A stretch of 64,000 nt of DNA from Fistulifera solaris (taxonomy: Eukaryota), in NCBI GenBank assembly GCA_030295235.1, contig AP026131.1, positions 434,001-498,000 on the forward strand. Direction: 5' to 3'. Made by a program: the position numbers and the translations under genes. Under the pieces are notes generated by a model. It made no database searches, was not told the DNA's origin, and saw only the letters and a program-made list of their open reading frames with translations. Below, piece by piece: positions 63,189-64,000 of the stretch. The first letter of the stretch is position 1. The number at the start of each line of letters is the position of its first letter.

Positions 63189-63259
63189 GACGTTAAAATT
63201 CTGCCTCTCAGTACAAGTTTCTACGTGGAGCCTACGCCGAGGCAGAATTTTAACGTCGT
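63189..63259. mobile_element. Short TIR hairpin element (MITE-like), copy 2, inverted relative to copy 1
   Basis: Perfect 19-bp IRs (63189-63207 / 63239-63257). The loop is the reverse complement of the copy 1 loop with 3 mismatches. Confidence 0.65.
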
Positions 63260-63501
63260 CTCCGCAAGATTGGCAAAATAAATAAGAACGCCTCGTCGAA
63301 CACGGAAATAGTGTGTCACCCGTTTCTTCGTCAGCAACGGTACATTTCTACGTAAAAAGGTGCCGGAAAACGAACCCACAAAAACAAAAACTCCTCCCAA
63401 CGCTGACATCTTCACACTTTTTCCACCAAACAAATACAAAAGTCTGCTGCCTGGGCGAAAAAGACGTTATTATCTATATCATTTTACCAGAAATACTAAC
63501 C

Positions 63502-64000
63502 ATGAGCTCCGTTCTTGTTCAAAGTGAACCCCAGGAGCTTGATTTCGATGAGCGCGTGGAGCCTGTTTTGAATTTGACGCTCAGTTGGGAGCGATCGGCC
63601 GAGACGCAAATTCGACAGTTGCTGGGAAATCACGTGGATACGAAGCCCACGAGACCGCTAATGATCGCAATTGTGGGTATTCCTGGATCGGGCAAGAGCA
63701 CATGCTCGAATGCTCTGCGCTGTTTCCTCGAAGATAGTGGTTGTCTCGTACTTCCTCATGTAAGTTCTTTGCGGCAACCTTTATCAGTTTGATCTCTCCA
63801 TTAGGTGACAACATCTCACGATAATCGCTTTTAAACTGCTGTAGGATGGATACCATTACACAATCGAGCAACTGAAAACGTTTGAAAATGCCGATGACGC
63901 CATTTACCGACGAGGTGCACCTGACACGTTTGACACCACGGCTTTGTTACGAGACCTATGTCGCATTCGCGAAGGCGCTGAAGAGACGATTCGGTTACCT
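63502..64000 (+). CDS. P-loop kinase, PRK/uridine kinase/YFH7-like (runs off the window end)
   Basis: IAIVGIPGSGKST, intron 63760-63844, then DGYH...RRGAPDTFD. Confidence 0.88.

Overview
This is eukaryotic nuclear DNA, most likely from a pennate diatom. The evidence is compact gene spacing, short GT-AG introns, bipartite plastid-targeting presequences, an HSF gene and diatom-type helical/ankyrin-like repeat proteins. There are about 30 protein-coding genes, including RPN2, an HSF, a gamma-glutamyl carboxylase/HTTM-like protein, an inositol 5-phosphatase, an MSP1-like AAA ATPase, TBCA, DUF3067, a patatin TAG lipase, an amino-acid transporter, riboflavin synthase, SmD1, Iojap/RsfS, ATM kinase and COQ5. 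Many genes, including essential ones, are broken by 1-nt indels in homopolymers, which is most likely consensus error. I found no CRISPR array, rRNA or convincing tRNA. Four unexplained structures stand out. (1) A probable plastid-targeted protein built from six RPxD-(G)PLG-xxE helical repeats, with eight TGACGT/ACGTCA sites in about 160 bp upstream; this is a candidate CO2- or light-regulated plastid scaffold. (2) A dispersed ~42-bp hairpin-plus-tail element in upstream regions, mostly between divergent genes, which also occurs inside a ~233-bp tandem array. (3) A ~71-79-bp TIR hairpin element present twice, 46 kb apart. (4) A 52-bp palindrome-containing minisatellite and a 218-bp decayed triplication. 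All family assignments come from recognised motifs only; no searches were run.
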